Origin: Eledone cirrhosa | Taxonomy: Eukaryota | Direction: 5' to 3' | DNA: 64,000 bases | NCBI GenBank assembly: GCA_964016885.1 | Contig: OZ024744.1 | Span: forward strand, 39,928,001-39,992,000 | Part shown: in pieces, positions 1-14,500 of the stretch | Position numbering within the stretch: position 1 is the stretch's first letter | How the letters are laid out: every line of letters starts with the position of its first letter | Notes under the pieces: model-generated | The model's database searches: none | Seen by the model: the letters and a program-made list of their open reading frames with translations, nothing else | What the model was told of the DNA's origin: nothing | Made by a program: the position numbers and the translations under genes

Positions 1-680
1 ATCTTACCCTAATGTTGACACCTATTGTTGATCCTACCCTGATGTTGACATCTATTGTTGATCCTACCACAATGTTGACACTTATTGTTGATCCTACCCT
101 GATGTTGACATCTATTGTTGATCCTATGTTAATGTTGACACCTATTGTTGATTCTATCCTGATGTTGACACATATTGTTGATCCTACCCTGATGTTGACA
201 TATATTGTTGATCCTACCCTAATGTTGACACATATTGTGGATCCTACCCTAATGTTGATACATATTGTTGATCCTACCCTGATGTTGACACCTATTGTTG
301 ATCCTACCCTAATGTTGGCACATATTGTTGATCCTACTCTAATGTTGACACATATTGTTGATCCTACCCTAATGTTGACACCTATTGGTGATCCTACCCC
401 AATGTTGACACCTATTGTTGATCCTCCCCAAATGTTGACACCTATTGTTGATCCTACCCTAATGTTGACACCTATTGTTGATCCTACTCTAATGTTGACA
501 CCTATTGTTGATACTACCCTAATGTTGACACCTATTGTTGATCCTACCACAAGGTTGACACCTATTGTTAATCCTACCCTAATGTTGACACCTATTGTTG
601 ATCCTACCCTGATGTTGACATCTATTGTTGATCCTATCCTAATGTTGACACATATTGTTGATGCTACCCTAATGTTGCCA

Positions 681-3600
681 CATATTGTTGATCCTACCCT
701 AATGTTGACACCTATTGTTGATCCTACCCTAATGTTGACACCTATTGTTGATCCTACACTGATGTTGACACCTATTGTTGATGCTACCCTAATGTTGCCA
801 CATATTGTTGATCCTACCCTAATGTTGACACCTATTGTTGATCCTACCCTGATGTTGACACCTATTGTTGGTCCTACCCTGATGTTGACACCTATTGTTG
901 ATCCTACCCTGATATTGACACCTATTGTTGATCCTACCCTGATGTTGACATCTATCGTTGATCCTAACCTAATGTTGACACCTATCGTTGATCCTACCCT
1001 AATGTTGACACCTATTGTTGATCCTACCTAATGTTGACACCTATTGTTGATCCTATTCTGATGTTGATACATATTGTTGATACTACCCTAATGTTGACAC
1101 ATATTGTGGGTCCTTGCCTAATGTTGACACATATTGTTGATACCTATTGTTGATCCTACCCTAATGTTGACACCTATTGTTGATCCTACCCTAATGATGA
1201 CACATATTGTTGATCCTACTCTAATGTTTACACATATTGTTGATCCTACCCCAATGTTGACACCTATTGTTTATCCTACCCCAATGTTGACACCTATTGT
1301 TAATCCTAACCTAATGTTGACACCTATTGTTGATCCTATCCTAATGTTGACACATATTGTGGATTTTACCCTAATGTTGACACATATTGTTGATCCTACC
1401 CTAATGTTGACACATATTGTTGATCCTACCCTAATGTTCACACATATTATTGATCCCACTCTAATGTTGACACATATTGGTGATCCTACCCTAATGTTGA
1501 CACATATTGTTGATCCTACCCTAATGTTGACACCTATTGTTGATCCTATCCTGATGTTGATACATATTGTTGATCCTACCCTAATGTTGACACCTATTGT
1601 TGATCCTACCCTAATGTTGACACATATTGTTGATTCTACACTGATGTTGACAGCTATTGTTGATGCTACCCTAATGTTGCCACATATTGTTGATCCTACC
1701 CTGATATTGACACCTATTGTTGATCCTATCCTGATGTTGATACATATTGTTGATCCTACCCTAATGTTGACACCTATTGTTGATCCTACCCTAATGTTGA
1801 CACATATTGTTGATCCTACACTGATGTTGACACCTATTGTTGATGCTACCCTAATGTTGCCACATATTGTTGATCCTACCCTAATGTTGACACCTATTGT
1901 TGATCCTACCCTAATGTTGACACCTATTGTTGGTCCTACTCTGCTGTTGACACCTATTGTTGATCCTACCCTGATATTGACACCTATTGTTGATCCTACC
2001 CTGATGTTGACATCTATCGTTGATCCTAACCTAATGTTGACACCTATTGTTGATCCTACCCTAATGTTGACACCTATTGTTGATCCTACCCTAATGATGA
2101 CACCTATTGTTGATCCTATCCTGATATTGATACATATTGTTGATCCTACCCTAATGTTGACACATATTGTGGGTCCTGCCCTAATGTTGACACATATTGT
2201 TGATCCTACCCTAATGTTGACACCTATTGTTGATCCTACCCTAATGATGACACATATTGTTGATCCTACTCTAATGTTGACACATATTGTTGATCCTACA
2301 CTGATGTTAACACCTATTGTTGGTCCTACCCTGATGTTGATACCTATTGTTGATCCTACCCTAATGTTGACACCTATTTTTGATCCTACCCTAATGATGA
2401 CACATATTGTTGATCCTACTCTAATGTTGACACCTATTGTTGATCCTACCCCAATGTTGACACATATTGTGGATTCTACCCTAATGTTGACACATATTGT
2501 TGATCCTACCCTAATGTTGACACATATTGTTGATCCTACCCTAATGTTCACACATATAATTGATCCAACTCTAATGTTGACACATATTGGTGATCCTACC
2601 CTAATGTTGACACATATTGTTGATCCTACCCTAATGTTGACACCTATTGTTGATCCTATCCTGATGTTGATACATATTGTTGATCCTACCCTAATGTTGA
2701 CACCTATTGTTGATCCTACCCTAATGTTGACACATATTGTTGATCCTACACTGATGTTGACACCTATTGTTGATGCTACCCTAATGTTGCCACATATTGT
2801 TGATCCTACCCTGATATTGACACCTATTGTTGATGCTACCCTAATGTTGACACCTATTGTTGATCCTACCCTAATGTTGACACCTATTGTTGATCCTATC
2901 CTGATGTTGATACATATTGTTGATCCTACCCTAATGTTGACACCTATTGTTGATCCTACCCTAATGTTGACACATATTGTTGATCCTACACTGATGTTGA
3001 CACCTATTGTTGATGCTACCCTAATGTTGCCACATATTGTTGATCCTACCCTAATGTTGACACCTATTGTTGATCCTACCCTAATGTTGACACCTATTGT
3101 TGGTCCTACCCTGATGTTGACACCTATTGTTGATCCTACCCTGATATTGACACCTATTGTTGATCCTACCCTGATGTTGACATCTATCGTTGATCCTAAC
3201 CTAATGTTGACACCTATCGTTGATCCTACCCTAATGTTGACACCTATTGTTGATCCTACCTAATGTTGACACCTATTGTTGATCCTATTCTGATGTTGAT
3301 ACATATTGTTGATACTACCCTAATGTTGACACATATTGTGGGTCCTGCCCTAATGTTGACACATATTGTTGATCCTACCCTGATGTTGATACCTATTGTT
3401 GATCCTACCCTAATGTTGACACCTATTGTTGATCCTACCCTAATGATGACACATATTGTTGATCCTACTCTAATGTTGACACATATTGTTGATCCTACAC
3501 TGATGTTAACACCTATTGTTGATCCTACCCTAATGTTGACACATATTGTTCATCCTCTCTAATGTTTACACATATTGTTGATCCTACCCCAATGTTGACA

Positions 3601-6600
3601 CCTATTGTTTATCCTACCCCAATGTTGACACCTATTGTTGATCCTAACCTAATGTTGACACCTATTGTTGATCCTATCCTAATGTTGACACATATTGTGG
3701 ATTCTACCCTAATGTTGACACATATTGTTGATCCTACCCTAATGTTGACACATATTGTTGATCCTACTCTAATGTTCACACATATTATTGATCCCACTCT
3801 AATGTTGACACATATTGGTGATCCTACCCTAATGTTGACACCTATTGTTGATCCTACCCTAATGTTGACACATATTGTTGATCCTACACTGATGTTGACA
3901 CCTATTGTTGATGCTACCCTAATGTTGCCACATATTGTTGATCCTACCCTGATATTGACACCTATTGTTGATGCTACCCTAATGTTGACACCTATTGTTG
4001 ATCCTATCCTAATGTTGACACATATTGTGGATTTTACCCTAATGTTGACACATATTGTTGATCCTACCCTAATGTTGACACATATTGTTGATCCTACCCT
4101 AATGTTCACACATATTATTGATCCCACTCTAATGTTGACACATATTGTTGATCCTACCCTAATGTTGACACATATTGTTGATCCTACCCTAATGTTGACA
4201 CCTATTGTTGATCCTATCCTGATGTTGATACATATTGTTGATCCTACCCTAATGTTGACACCTATTGTTGATCCTACCCTAATGTTGACACATATTGTTG
4301 ATCCTACACTGATGTTGACACCTATTGTTGATGCTACCCTAATGTTGCCACATATTGTTGATCCTACCCTGATATTGACACCTATTGTTGATGCTACCCT
4401 AATGTTGACACCTATTGTTGATCCTACCCTAATGTTGACACCTATTGTTGATCCTATCCTGATGTTGATACATATTGTTGATCCTACCCTAATGTTGACA
4501 CCTATTGTTGATCCTACCCTAATGTTGCCACATATTGTTGATCCTACCCTAATGTTGACACCTATTGTTGATCCTACCCTAATGTTGACACCTATTGTTG
4601 GTCCTACTCTGCTGTTGACACCTATTGTTGATCCTACCCTGATATTGACACCTATTGTTGATCCTACCCTGATGTTGACATCTATCGTTGATCCTAACCT
4701 AATGTTGACACCTATTGTTGATCCTACCCTAATGTTGACACCTATTGTTGATCCTACCCTAATGATGACACCTATTGTTGATCCTACCCTGATGTTGATA
4801 CCTATTGTTGATCCTACCCTAATGTTGACACCTATTGTTGATCCTACCCTAATGATGACACATATTGTTGATCCTACTCTAATGTTGACACATATTGTTG
4901 ATCCTACACTGATGTTAACACCTATTGTTGATCCTACCCTAATGTTGACACATATTGTTGATCCTACCTTAATGTTGACACATATTGTTGATCCTACCCT
5001 AATCTTGACACATATTGTTGATCCTACCCTAATGTTGACACCTATTGTTGGTCCTACCCTGATGTTGATACCTATTGTTGGTCCTACCCTGATGTTGATA
5101 CCTATTGTTGATCCTACCCTAATGTTGACACCTATTTTTGATCCTACCCTAATGATGACACATATTGTTGATCCTACTCTAATGTTGACACCTATTGTTG
5201 ATCCTACCCCAATGTTGACACATATTGTGGATTCTACCCTAATGTTGACACATATTGTTGATCCTACCCTAATGTTGACACATATTGTTGATCCTACTCT
5301 AATGTTCACACATATTATTGATCCAACTCTAATGTTGACACATATTGGTGATCCTACCCTAATGTTGACACATATTGTTGATCCTACCCTAATGTTGACA
5401 CCTATTGTTGATCCTATCCTGATGTTGATACATATTGTTGATCCTACCCTAATGTTGACACCTATTGTTGATCCTACCCTAATGTTGACACATATTGTTG
5501 ATCCTACACTGATGTTGACACCTATTGTTGATGCTACCCTAATGTTGCCACATATTGTTGATCCTACCCTGATATTGACACCTATTGTTGATGCTACCCT
5601 AATGTTGACACCTATTGTTGATCCTACCCTAATGTTGACACCTATTGTTGATCCTATCCTGATGTTGATACATATTGTTGATCCTACCCTAATGTTGACA
5701 CCTATTGTTGATCCTACCCTAATGTTGACACATATTGTTGATCCTACACTGATGTTGACACCTATTGTTGATGCTACCCTAATGTTGCCACATATTGTTG
5801 ATCCTACCCTAATGTTGACACATATTGTTGATCCTACTCTAATGTTCACACATATTATTGATCCCACTCTAATGTTGACACATATTGGTGATCCTACCCT
5901 AATGTTGACACCTATTGTTGATCCTACCCTAATGTTGACACATATTGTTGATCCTACACTGATGTTGACACCTATTGTTGATGCTACCCTAATGTTGCCA
6001 CATATTGTTGATCCTACCCTGATATTGACACCTATTGTTGATGCTACCCTAATGTTGACACCTATTGTTGATCCTATCCTAATGTTGACACATATTGTGG
6101 ATTTTACCCTAATGTTGACACATATTGTTGATCCTACCCTAATGTTGACACCTATTGTTGATCCTACCCTAATGTTGACACCTATTGTTGATCCTACACT
6201 GATGTTGACACCTATTGTTGATGCTACCCTAATGTTGCCACATATTGTTGATCCTACCCTAATGTTGACACCTATTGTTGATCCTACCCTGATGTTGACA
6301 CCTATTGTTGGTCCTACCCTGATGTTGACACCTATTGTTGATCCTACCCTGATATTGACACCTATTGTTGATCCTACCCTGATGTTGACATCTATCGTTG
6401 ATCCTAACCTAATGTTGACACCTATCGTTGATCCTACCCTAATGTTGACACCTATTGTTGATCCTACCTAATGTTGACACCTATTGTTGATCCTATTCTG
6501 ATGTTGATACATATTGTTGATACTACCCTAATGTTGACACATATTGTGGGTCCTTGCCTAATGTTGACACATATTGTTGATCCTACCCTGATGTTGATAC

Positions 6601-9600
6601 CTATTGTTGATCCTACCCTAATGTTGACACCTATTGTTGATCCTACCCTAATGATGACACATATTGTTGATCCTACTCTAATGTTTACACATATTGTTGA
6701 TCCTACCCCAATGTTGACACCTATTGTTTATCCTACCCCAATGTTGACACCTATTGTTAATCCTAACCTAATGTTGACACCTATTGTTGATCCTATCCTA
6801 ATGTTGACACATATTGTGGATTTTACCCTAATGTTGACACATATTGTTGATCCTACCCTAATGTTGACACATATTGTTGATCCTACCCTAATGTTCACAC
6901 ATATTATTGATCCCACTCTAATGTTGACACATATTGGTGATCCTACCCTAATGTTGACACATATTGTTGATCCTACCCTAATGTTGACACCTATTGTTGA
7001 TCCTATCCTGATGTTGATACATATTGTTGATCCTACCCTAATGTTGACACCTATTGTTGATCCTACCCTAATGTTGACACATATTGTTGATTCTACACTG
7101 ATGTTGACAGCTATTGTTGATGCTACCCTAATGTTGCCACATATTGTTGATCCTACCCTGATATTGACACCTATTGTTGATCCTATCCTGATGTTGATAC
7201 ATATTGTTGATCCTACCCTAATGTTGACACCTATTGTTGATCCTACCCTAATGTTGACACATATTGTTGATCCTACACTGATGTTGACACCTATTGTTGA
7301 TGCTACCCTAATGTTGCCACATATTGTTGATCCTACCCTAATGTTGACACCTATTGTTGATCCTACCCTAATGTTGACACCTATTGTTGGTCCTACTCTG
7401 CTGTTGACACCTATTGTTGATCCTACCCTGATATTGACACCTATTGTTGATCCTACCCTGATGTTGACATCTATCGTTGATCCTAACCTAATGTTGACAC
7501 CTATTGTTGATCCTACCCTAATGTTGACACCTATTGTTGATCCTACCCTAATGATGACACCTATTGTTGATCCTATCCTGATATTGATACATATTGTTGA
7601 TCCTACCCTAATGTTGACACATATTGTGGGTCCTGCCCTAATGTTGACACATATTGTTGATCCTACCCTAATGTTGACACCTATTGTTGATCCTACCCTA
7701 ATGATGACACATATTGTTGATCCTACTCTAATGTTGACACATATTGTTGATCCTACACTGATGTTAACACCTATTGTTGATCCTACCCTAATGTTGACAC
7801 ATATTGTTGATCCTACCTTAATGTTGACACATATTGTTGATCCTACCCTAATCTTGACACATATTGTTGATCCTACCCTAATGTTGACACCTATTGTTGG
7901 TCCTACCCTGATGTTGATACCTATTGTTGATCCTACCCTAATGTTGACACCTATTTTTGATCCTACCCTAATGATGACACATATTGTTGATCCTACTCTA
8001 ATGTTGACACCTATTGTTGATCCTACCCCAATGTTGACACATATTGTGGATTCTACCCTAATGTTGACACATATTGTTGATCCTACCCTAATGTTGACAC
8101 ATATTGTTGATCCTACCCTAATGTTCACACATATAATTGATCCAACTCTAATGTTGACACATATTGGTGATCCTACCCTAATGTTGACACATATTGTTGA
8201 TCCTACCCTAATGTTGACACCTATTGTTGATCCTATCCTGATGTTGATACATATTGTTGATCCTACCCTAATGTTGACACCTATTGTTGATCCTACCCTA
8301 ATGTTGACACATATTGTTGATCCTACACTGATGTTGACACCTATTGTTGATGCTACCCTAATGTTGCCACATATTGTTGATCCTACCCTGATATTGACAC
8401 CTATTGTTGATGCTACCCTAATGTTGACACCTATTGTTGATCCTACCCTAATGTTGACACCTATTGTTGATCCTATCCTGATGTTGATACATATTGTTGA
8501 TCCTACCCTAATGTTGACACCTATTGTTGATCCTACCCTAATGTTGACACATATTGTTGATCCTACACTGATGTTGACACCTATTGTTGATGCTACCCTA
8601 ATGTTGCCACATATTGTTGATCCTACCCTAATGTTGACACCTATTGTTGATCCTACCCTAATGTTGACACCTATTGTTGGTCCTACCCTGATGTTGACAC
8701 CTATTGTTGATCCTACCCTGATATTGACACCTATTGTTGATCCTACCCTGATGTTGACATCTATCGTTGATCCTAACCTAATGTTGACACCTATCGTTGA
8801 TCCTACCCTAATGTTGACACCTATTGTTGATCCTACCTAATGTTGACACCTATTGTTGATCCTATTCTGATGTTGATACATATTGTTGATACTACCCTAA
8901 TGTTGACACATATTGTGGGTCCTGCCCTAATGTTGACACATATTGTTGATCCTACCCTGATGTTGATACCTATTGTTGATCCTACCCTAATGTTGACACC
9001 TATTGTTGATCCTACCCTAATGATGACACATATTGTTGATCCTACTCTAATGTTGACACATATTGTTGATCCTACACTGATGTTAACACCTATTGTTGAT
9101 CCTACCCTAATGTTGACACATATTGTTCATCCTCTCTAATGTTTACACATATTGTTGATCCTACCCCAATGTTGACACCTATTGTTTATCCTACCCCAAT
9201 GTTGACACCTATTGTTGATCCTAACCTAATGTTGACACCTATTGTTGATCCTATCCTAATGTTGACACATATTGTGGATTCTACCCTAATGTTGACACAT
9301 ATTGTTGATCCTACCCTAATGTTGACACATATTGTTGATCCTACTCTAATGTTCACACATATTATTGATCCCACTCTAATGTTGACACATATTGGTGATC
9401 CTACCCTAATGTTGACACCTATTGTTGATCCTACCCTAATGTTGACACATATTGTTGATCCTACACTGATGTTGACACCTATTGTTGATGCTACCCTAAT
9501 GTTGCCACATATTGTTGATCCTACCCTGATATTGACACCTATTGTTGATGCTACCCTAATGTTGACACCTATTGTTGATCCTATCCTAATGTTGACACAT

Positions 9601-11250
9601 ATTGTGGATTTTACCCTAATGTTGACACATATTGTTGATCCTACCCTAATGTTGACACATATTGTTGATCCTACCCTAATGTTCACACATATTATTGATC
9701 CCACTCTAATGTTGACACATATTGTTGATCCTACCCTAATGTTGACACATATTGTTGATCCTACCCTAATGTTGACACCTATTGTTGATCCTATCCTGAT
9801 GTTGATACATATTGTTGATCCTACCCTAATGTTGACACCTATTGTTGATCCTACCCTAATGTTGACACATATTGTTGATCCTACACTGATGTTGACACCT
9901 ATTGTTGATGCTACCCTAATGTTGCCACATATTGTTGATCCTACCCTAATGTTGACACCTATTGTTGATCCTACCCTAATGTTGCCACATATTGTTGATC
10001 CTACCCTAATGTTGACACCTATTGTTGATCCTACCCTAATGTTGACACCTATTGTTGGTCCTACTCTGCTGTTGACACCTATTGTTGATCCTACCCTGAT
10101 ATTGACACCTATTGTTGATCCTACCCTGATGTTGACATCTATCGTTGATCCTAACCTAATGTTGACACCTATTGTTGATCCTACCCTAATGTTGACACCT
10201 ATTGTTGATCCTACCCTAATGATGACACCTATTGTTGATCCTACCCTGATGTTGATACCTATTGTTGATCCTACCCTAATGTTGACACCTATTGTTGATC
10301 CTACCCTAATGATGACACATATTGTTGATCCTACTCTAATGTTGACACATATTGTTGATCCTACACTGATGTTAACACCTATTGTTGATCCTACCCTAAT
10401 GTTGACACATATTGTTGATCCTACCTTAATGTTGACACATATTGTTGATCCTACCCTAATCTTGACACATATTGTTGATCCTACCCTAATGTTGACACCT
10501 ATTGTTGGTCCTACCCTGATGTTGATACCTATTGTTGATCCTACCCTAATGTTGACACCTATTTTTGATCCTACCCTAATGATGACACATATTGTTGATC
10601 CTACTCTAATGTTGACACCTATTGTTGATCCTACCCCAATGTTGACACATATTGTGGATTCTACCCTAATGTTGACACATATTGTTGATCCTACCCTAAT
10701 GTTGACACATATTGTTGATCCTACTCTAATGTTCACACATATTATTGATCCAACTCTAATGTTGACACATATTGGTGATCCTACCCTAATGTTGACACAT
10801 ATTGTTGATCCTACCCTAATGTTGACACCTATTGTTGATCCTATCCTGATGTTGATACATATTGTTGATCCTACCCTAATGTTGACACCTATTGTTGATC
10901 CTACCCTAATGTTGACACATATTGTTGATCCTACACTGATGTTGACACCTATTGTTGATGCTACCCTAATGTTGCCACATATTGTTGATCCTACCCTGAT
11001 ATTGACACCTATTGTTGATGCTACCCTAATGTTGACACCTATTGTTGATCCTACCCTAATGTTGACACCTATTGTTGATCCTATCCTGATGTTGATACAT
11101 ATTGTTGATCCTACCCTAATGTTGACACCTATTGTTGATCCTACCCTAATGTTGACACATATTGTTGATCCTACACTGATGTTGACACCTATTGTTGATG
11201 CTACCCTAATGTTGCCACATATTGTTGATCCTACCCTAATGTTGACACAT
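681..11250 (+). repeat. Tandem block duplication of about 5.4-5.6 kb (copy 1 ~681-6120, copy 2 from ~6121; outer ends approximate)
   Basis: Shared rare markers: TCCTTGCC at 1111/6551 (offset 5440), CAGCTATT at 1651/7108 (5457), CACATATAAT at 2551/8128 (5577), cassette at 3263/8840 (5577). Offset steps equal the 17-bp deletion plus four whole monomers. Confidence 0.85.
3254..3620 (+). repeat. First complete copy of a recurring landmark cassette: 1-bp deletion CCTACCTAATG, ten ordered variant monomers, then 1-bp deletion TTCATCCTCTCTAATGTTTACA, followed by the TGTTTATCC monomer
   Basis: Appears in the ORF track as 20 near-identical 99-aa ORFs starting at 3263, 8840, 16068, 18075, 25211, 28628, 30456, 31684, 33691, 35368, 37256, 39474, 41362, 44557, 46445, 50989, 55486, 57404, 59322 and 61839. 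Confidence 0.95.
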
Positions 11251-11519
11251 ATTGTTGATCCTACCCTAATGTTGACACCTATTGTTGATCCTATCCTGAT
11301 GTTGATACATATTGTTGATCCTACCCTAATGTTGACACCTATTGTTGATCCTACCCTAATGTTGACACATATTGTTGATCCTACACTGATGTTGACACCT
11401 ATTGTTGATGCTACCCTAATGTTGCCACATATTGTTGATCCTAACCTGATATTGACACCTATTGTTGATGCTACCCTAATGTTGACACCTATTGTTGATC
11501 CTACCCTAATGTTGACACC

Positions 11520-14500
11520 TATTGTTGATCCTATCCTGATGTTGATACATATTGTTGATCCTACCCTAATGTTGACACCTATTGTTGATCCTACCCTAAT
11601 GTTGCCACATATTGTTGATCCTACCCTAATGTTGACACCTATTGTTGATCCTACCCTAATGTTGACACCTATTGTTGGTCCTACTCTGCTGTTGACACCT
11701 ATTGTTGATCCTACCCTGATATTGACACCTATTGTTGATCCTACCCTGATGTTGACATCTATCGTTGATCCTAACCTAATGTTGACACCTATTGTTGATC
11801 CTACCCTAATGTTGACACCTATTGTTGATCCTACCCTAATGATGACACCTATTGTTGATCCTATCCTGATATTGATACATATTGTTGATCCTACCCTAAT
11901 GTTGACACATATTGTGGGTCCTGCCCTAATGTTGACACATATTGTTGATCCTACCCTAATGTTGACACATATTGTTGATCCTACCCTGATGTTGATACCT
12001 ATTGTTGATCCTACCCTAATGTTGACACCTATTGTTGATCCTACCCTAATGATGACACATATTGTTGATCCTACTCTAATGTTGACACATATTGTTGATC
12101 CTACACTGATGTTAACACCTATTGTTGATCCTACCCTAATGTTGACACATATTGTTGATCCTACCTTAATGTTGACACATATTGTTGATCCTACCCTAAT
12201 CTTGACACATATTGTTGATCCTACCCTAATGTTGACACCTATTGTTGGTCCTACCCTGATGTTGATACCTATTGTTGATCCTACCCTAATGTTGACACCT
12301 ATTTTTGATCCTACCCTAATGATGACACATATTGTTGATCCTACTCTAATGTTGACACCTATTGTTGATCCTACCCCAATGTTGACACATATTGTGGATT
12401 CTACCCTAATGTTGACACATATTGTTGATCCTACCCTAATGTTGACACATATTGTTGATCCTACCCTAATGTTCACACATATTATTGATCCAACTCTAAT
12501 GTTGACACATATTGGTGATCCTACCCTAATGTTGACACATATTGTTGATCCTACCCTAATGTTGACACCTATTGTTGATCCTATCCTGATGTTGATACAT
12601 ATTGTTGATCCTACCCTAATGTTGACACCTATTGTTGATCCTACCCTAATGTTGACACATATTGTTGATCCTACACTGATGTTGACACCTATTGTTGATG
12701 CTACCCTAATGTTGCCACATATTGTTGATCCTACCCTGATATTGACACCTATTGTTGATGCTACCCTAATGTTGACACCTATTGTTGATCCTACCCTAAT
12801 GTTGACACCTATTGTTGATCCTATCCTGATGTTGATACATATTGTTGATCCTACCCTAATGTTGACACCTATTGTTGATCCTACCCTAATGTTGACACAT
12901 ATTGTTGATCCTACACTGATGTTGACACCTATTGTTGATGCTACCCTAATGTTGCCACATATTGTTGATCCTACCCTAATGTTGACACCTATTGTTGATC
13001 CTACCCTAATGTTGACACCTATTGTTGGTCCTACCCTGATGTTGATACCTATTGTTGATCCTACCCTAATGTTGACACCTATTTTTGATCCTACCCTAAT
13101 GATGACACATATTGTTGATCCTACTCTAATGTTGACACCTATTGTTGATCCTACCCCAATGTTGACACATATTGTGGATTCTACCCTAATGTTGACACAT
13201 ATTGTTGATCCTACCCTAATGTTGACACATATTGTTGATCCTACTCTAATGTTCACACATATTATTGATCCAACTCTAATGTTGACACATATTGGTGATC
13301 CTACCCTAATGTTGACACATATTGTTGATCCTACCCTAATGTTGACACCTATTGTTGATCCTACCCTAATGTTGACACATATTGTTGATCCTACACTGAT
13401 GTTGACACCTATTGTTGATGCTACCCTAATGTTGCCACATATTGTTGATCCTACCCTGATATTGACACCTATTGTTGATGCTACCCTAATGTTGACACCT
13501 ATTGTTGATCCTACCCTAATGTTGACACCTATTGTTGATCCTATCCTGATGTTGATACATATTGTTGATCCTACCCTAATGTTGACACCTATTGTTGATC
13601 CTACCCTAATGTTGACACATATTGTTGATCCTACACTGATGTTGACACCTATTGTTGATGCTACCCTAATGTTGCCACATATTGTTGATCCTACCCTAAT
13701 GTTGACACATATTGTTGATCCTACTCTAATGTTCACACATATTATTGATCCCACTCTAATGTTGACACATATTGGTGATCCTACCCTAATGTTGACACCT
13801 ATTGTTGATCCTACCCTAATGTTGACACATATTGTTGATCCTACACTGATGTTGACACCTATTGTTGATGCTACCCTAATGTTGCCACATATTGTTGATC
13901 CTACCCTGATATTGACACCTATTGTTGATGCTACCCTAATGTTGACACCTATTGTTGATCCTATCCTAATGTTGACACATATTGTGGATTTTACCCTAAT
14001 GTTGACACATATTGTTGATCCTACCCTAATGTTGACACATATTGTTGATCCTACCCTAATGTTCACACATATTATTGATCCCACTCTAATGTTGACACAT
14101 ATTGGTGATCCTACCCTAATGTTGACACATATTGTTGATCCTACCCTAATGTTGACACCTATTGTTGATCCTATCCTGATGTTGATACATATTGTTGATC
14201 CTACCCTAATTTTGACACCTATTGTTGATCCTACCCTAATGTTGACACATATTGTTGATCCTACACTGATGTTGACACCTATTGTTGATGCTACCCTAAT
14301 GTTGCCACATATTGTTGATCCTACCCTGATATTGACACCTATTGTTGATGCTACCCTAATGTTGACACCTATTGTTGATCCTACCCTAATGTTGACACCT
14401 ATTGTTGATCCTATCCTGATGTTGATACATATTGTTGATCCTACCCTAATGTTGACACCTATTGTTGATCCTACCCTAATGTTGCCACATATTGTTGATC

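Noticed and set aside
15-20. Plant WRKY W-box in each monomer
   Set aside because: The W-box is TTGAC[C/T]; the array has TTGACA.
162-176. Hairpin/cruciform from ATGT-TGAC-ACAT or the TGTTAACA palindrome; G-quadruplex on the minus strand
   Set aside because: Stems are only about 4 bp and AT-rich. The minus strand has one GGG and one or two GG per 30 bp, too sparse for a canonical three-tier quadruplex.
3255-3570. Chain of ORFs joined by TAATG stop-start overlaps, resembling a translationally coupled operon or stop-restart system
   Set aside because: The consensus CTA-ATG already contains TAATG, so any upstream 1-bp deletion automatically yields a stop overlapping the next ATG. No Shine-Dalgarno-like sequence precedes them.
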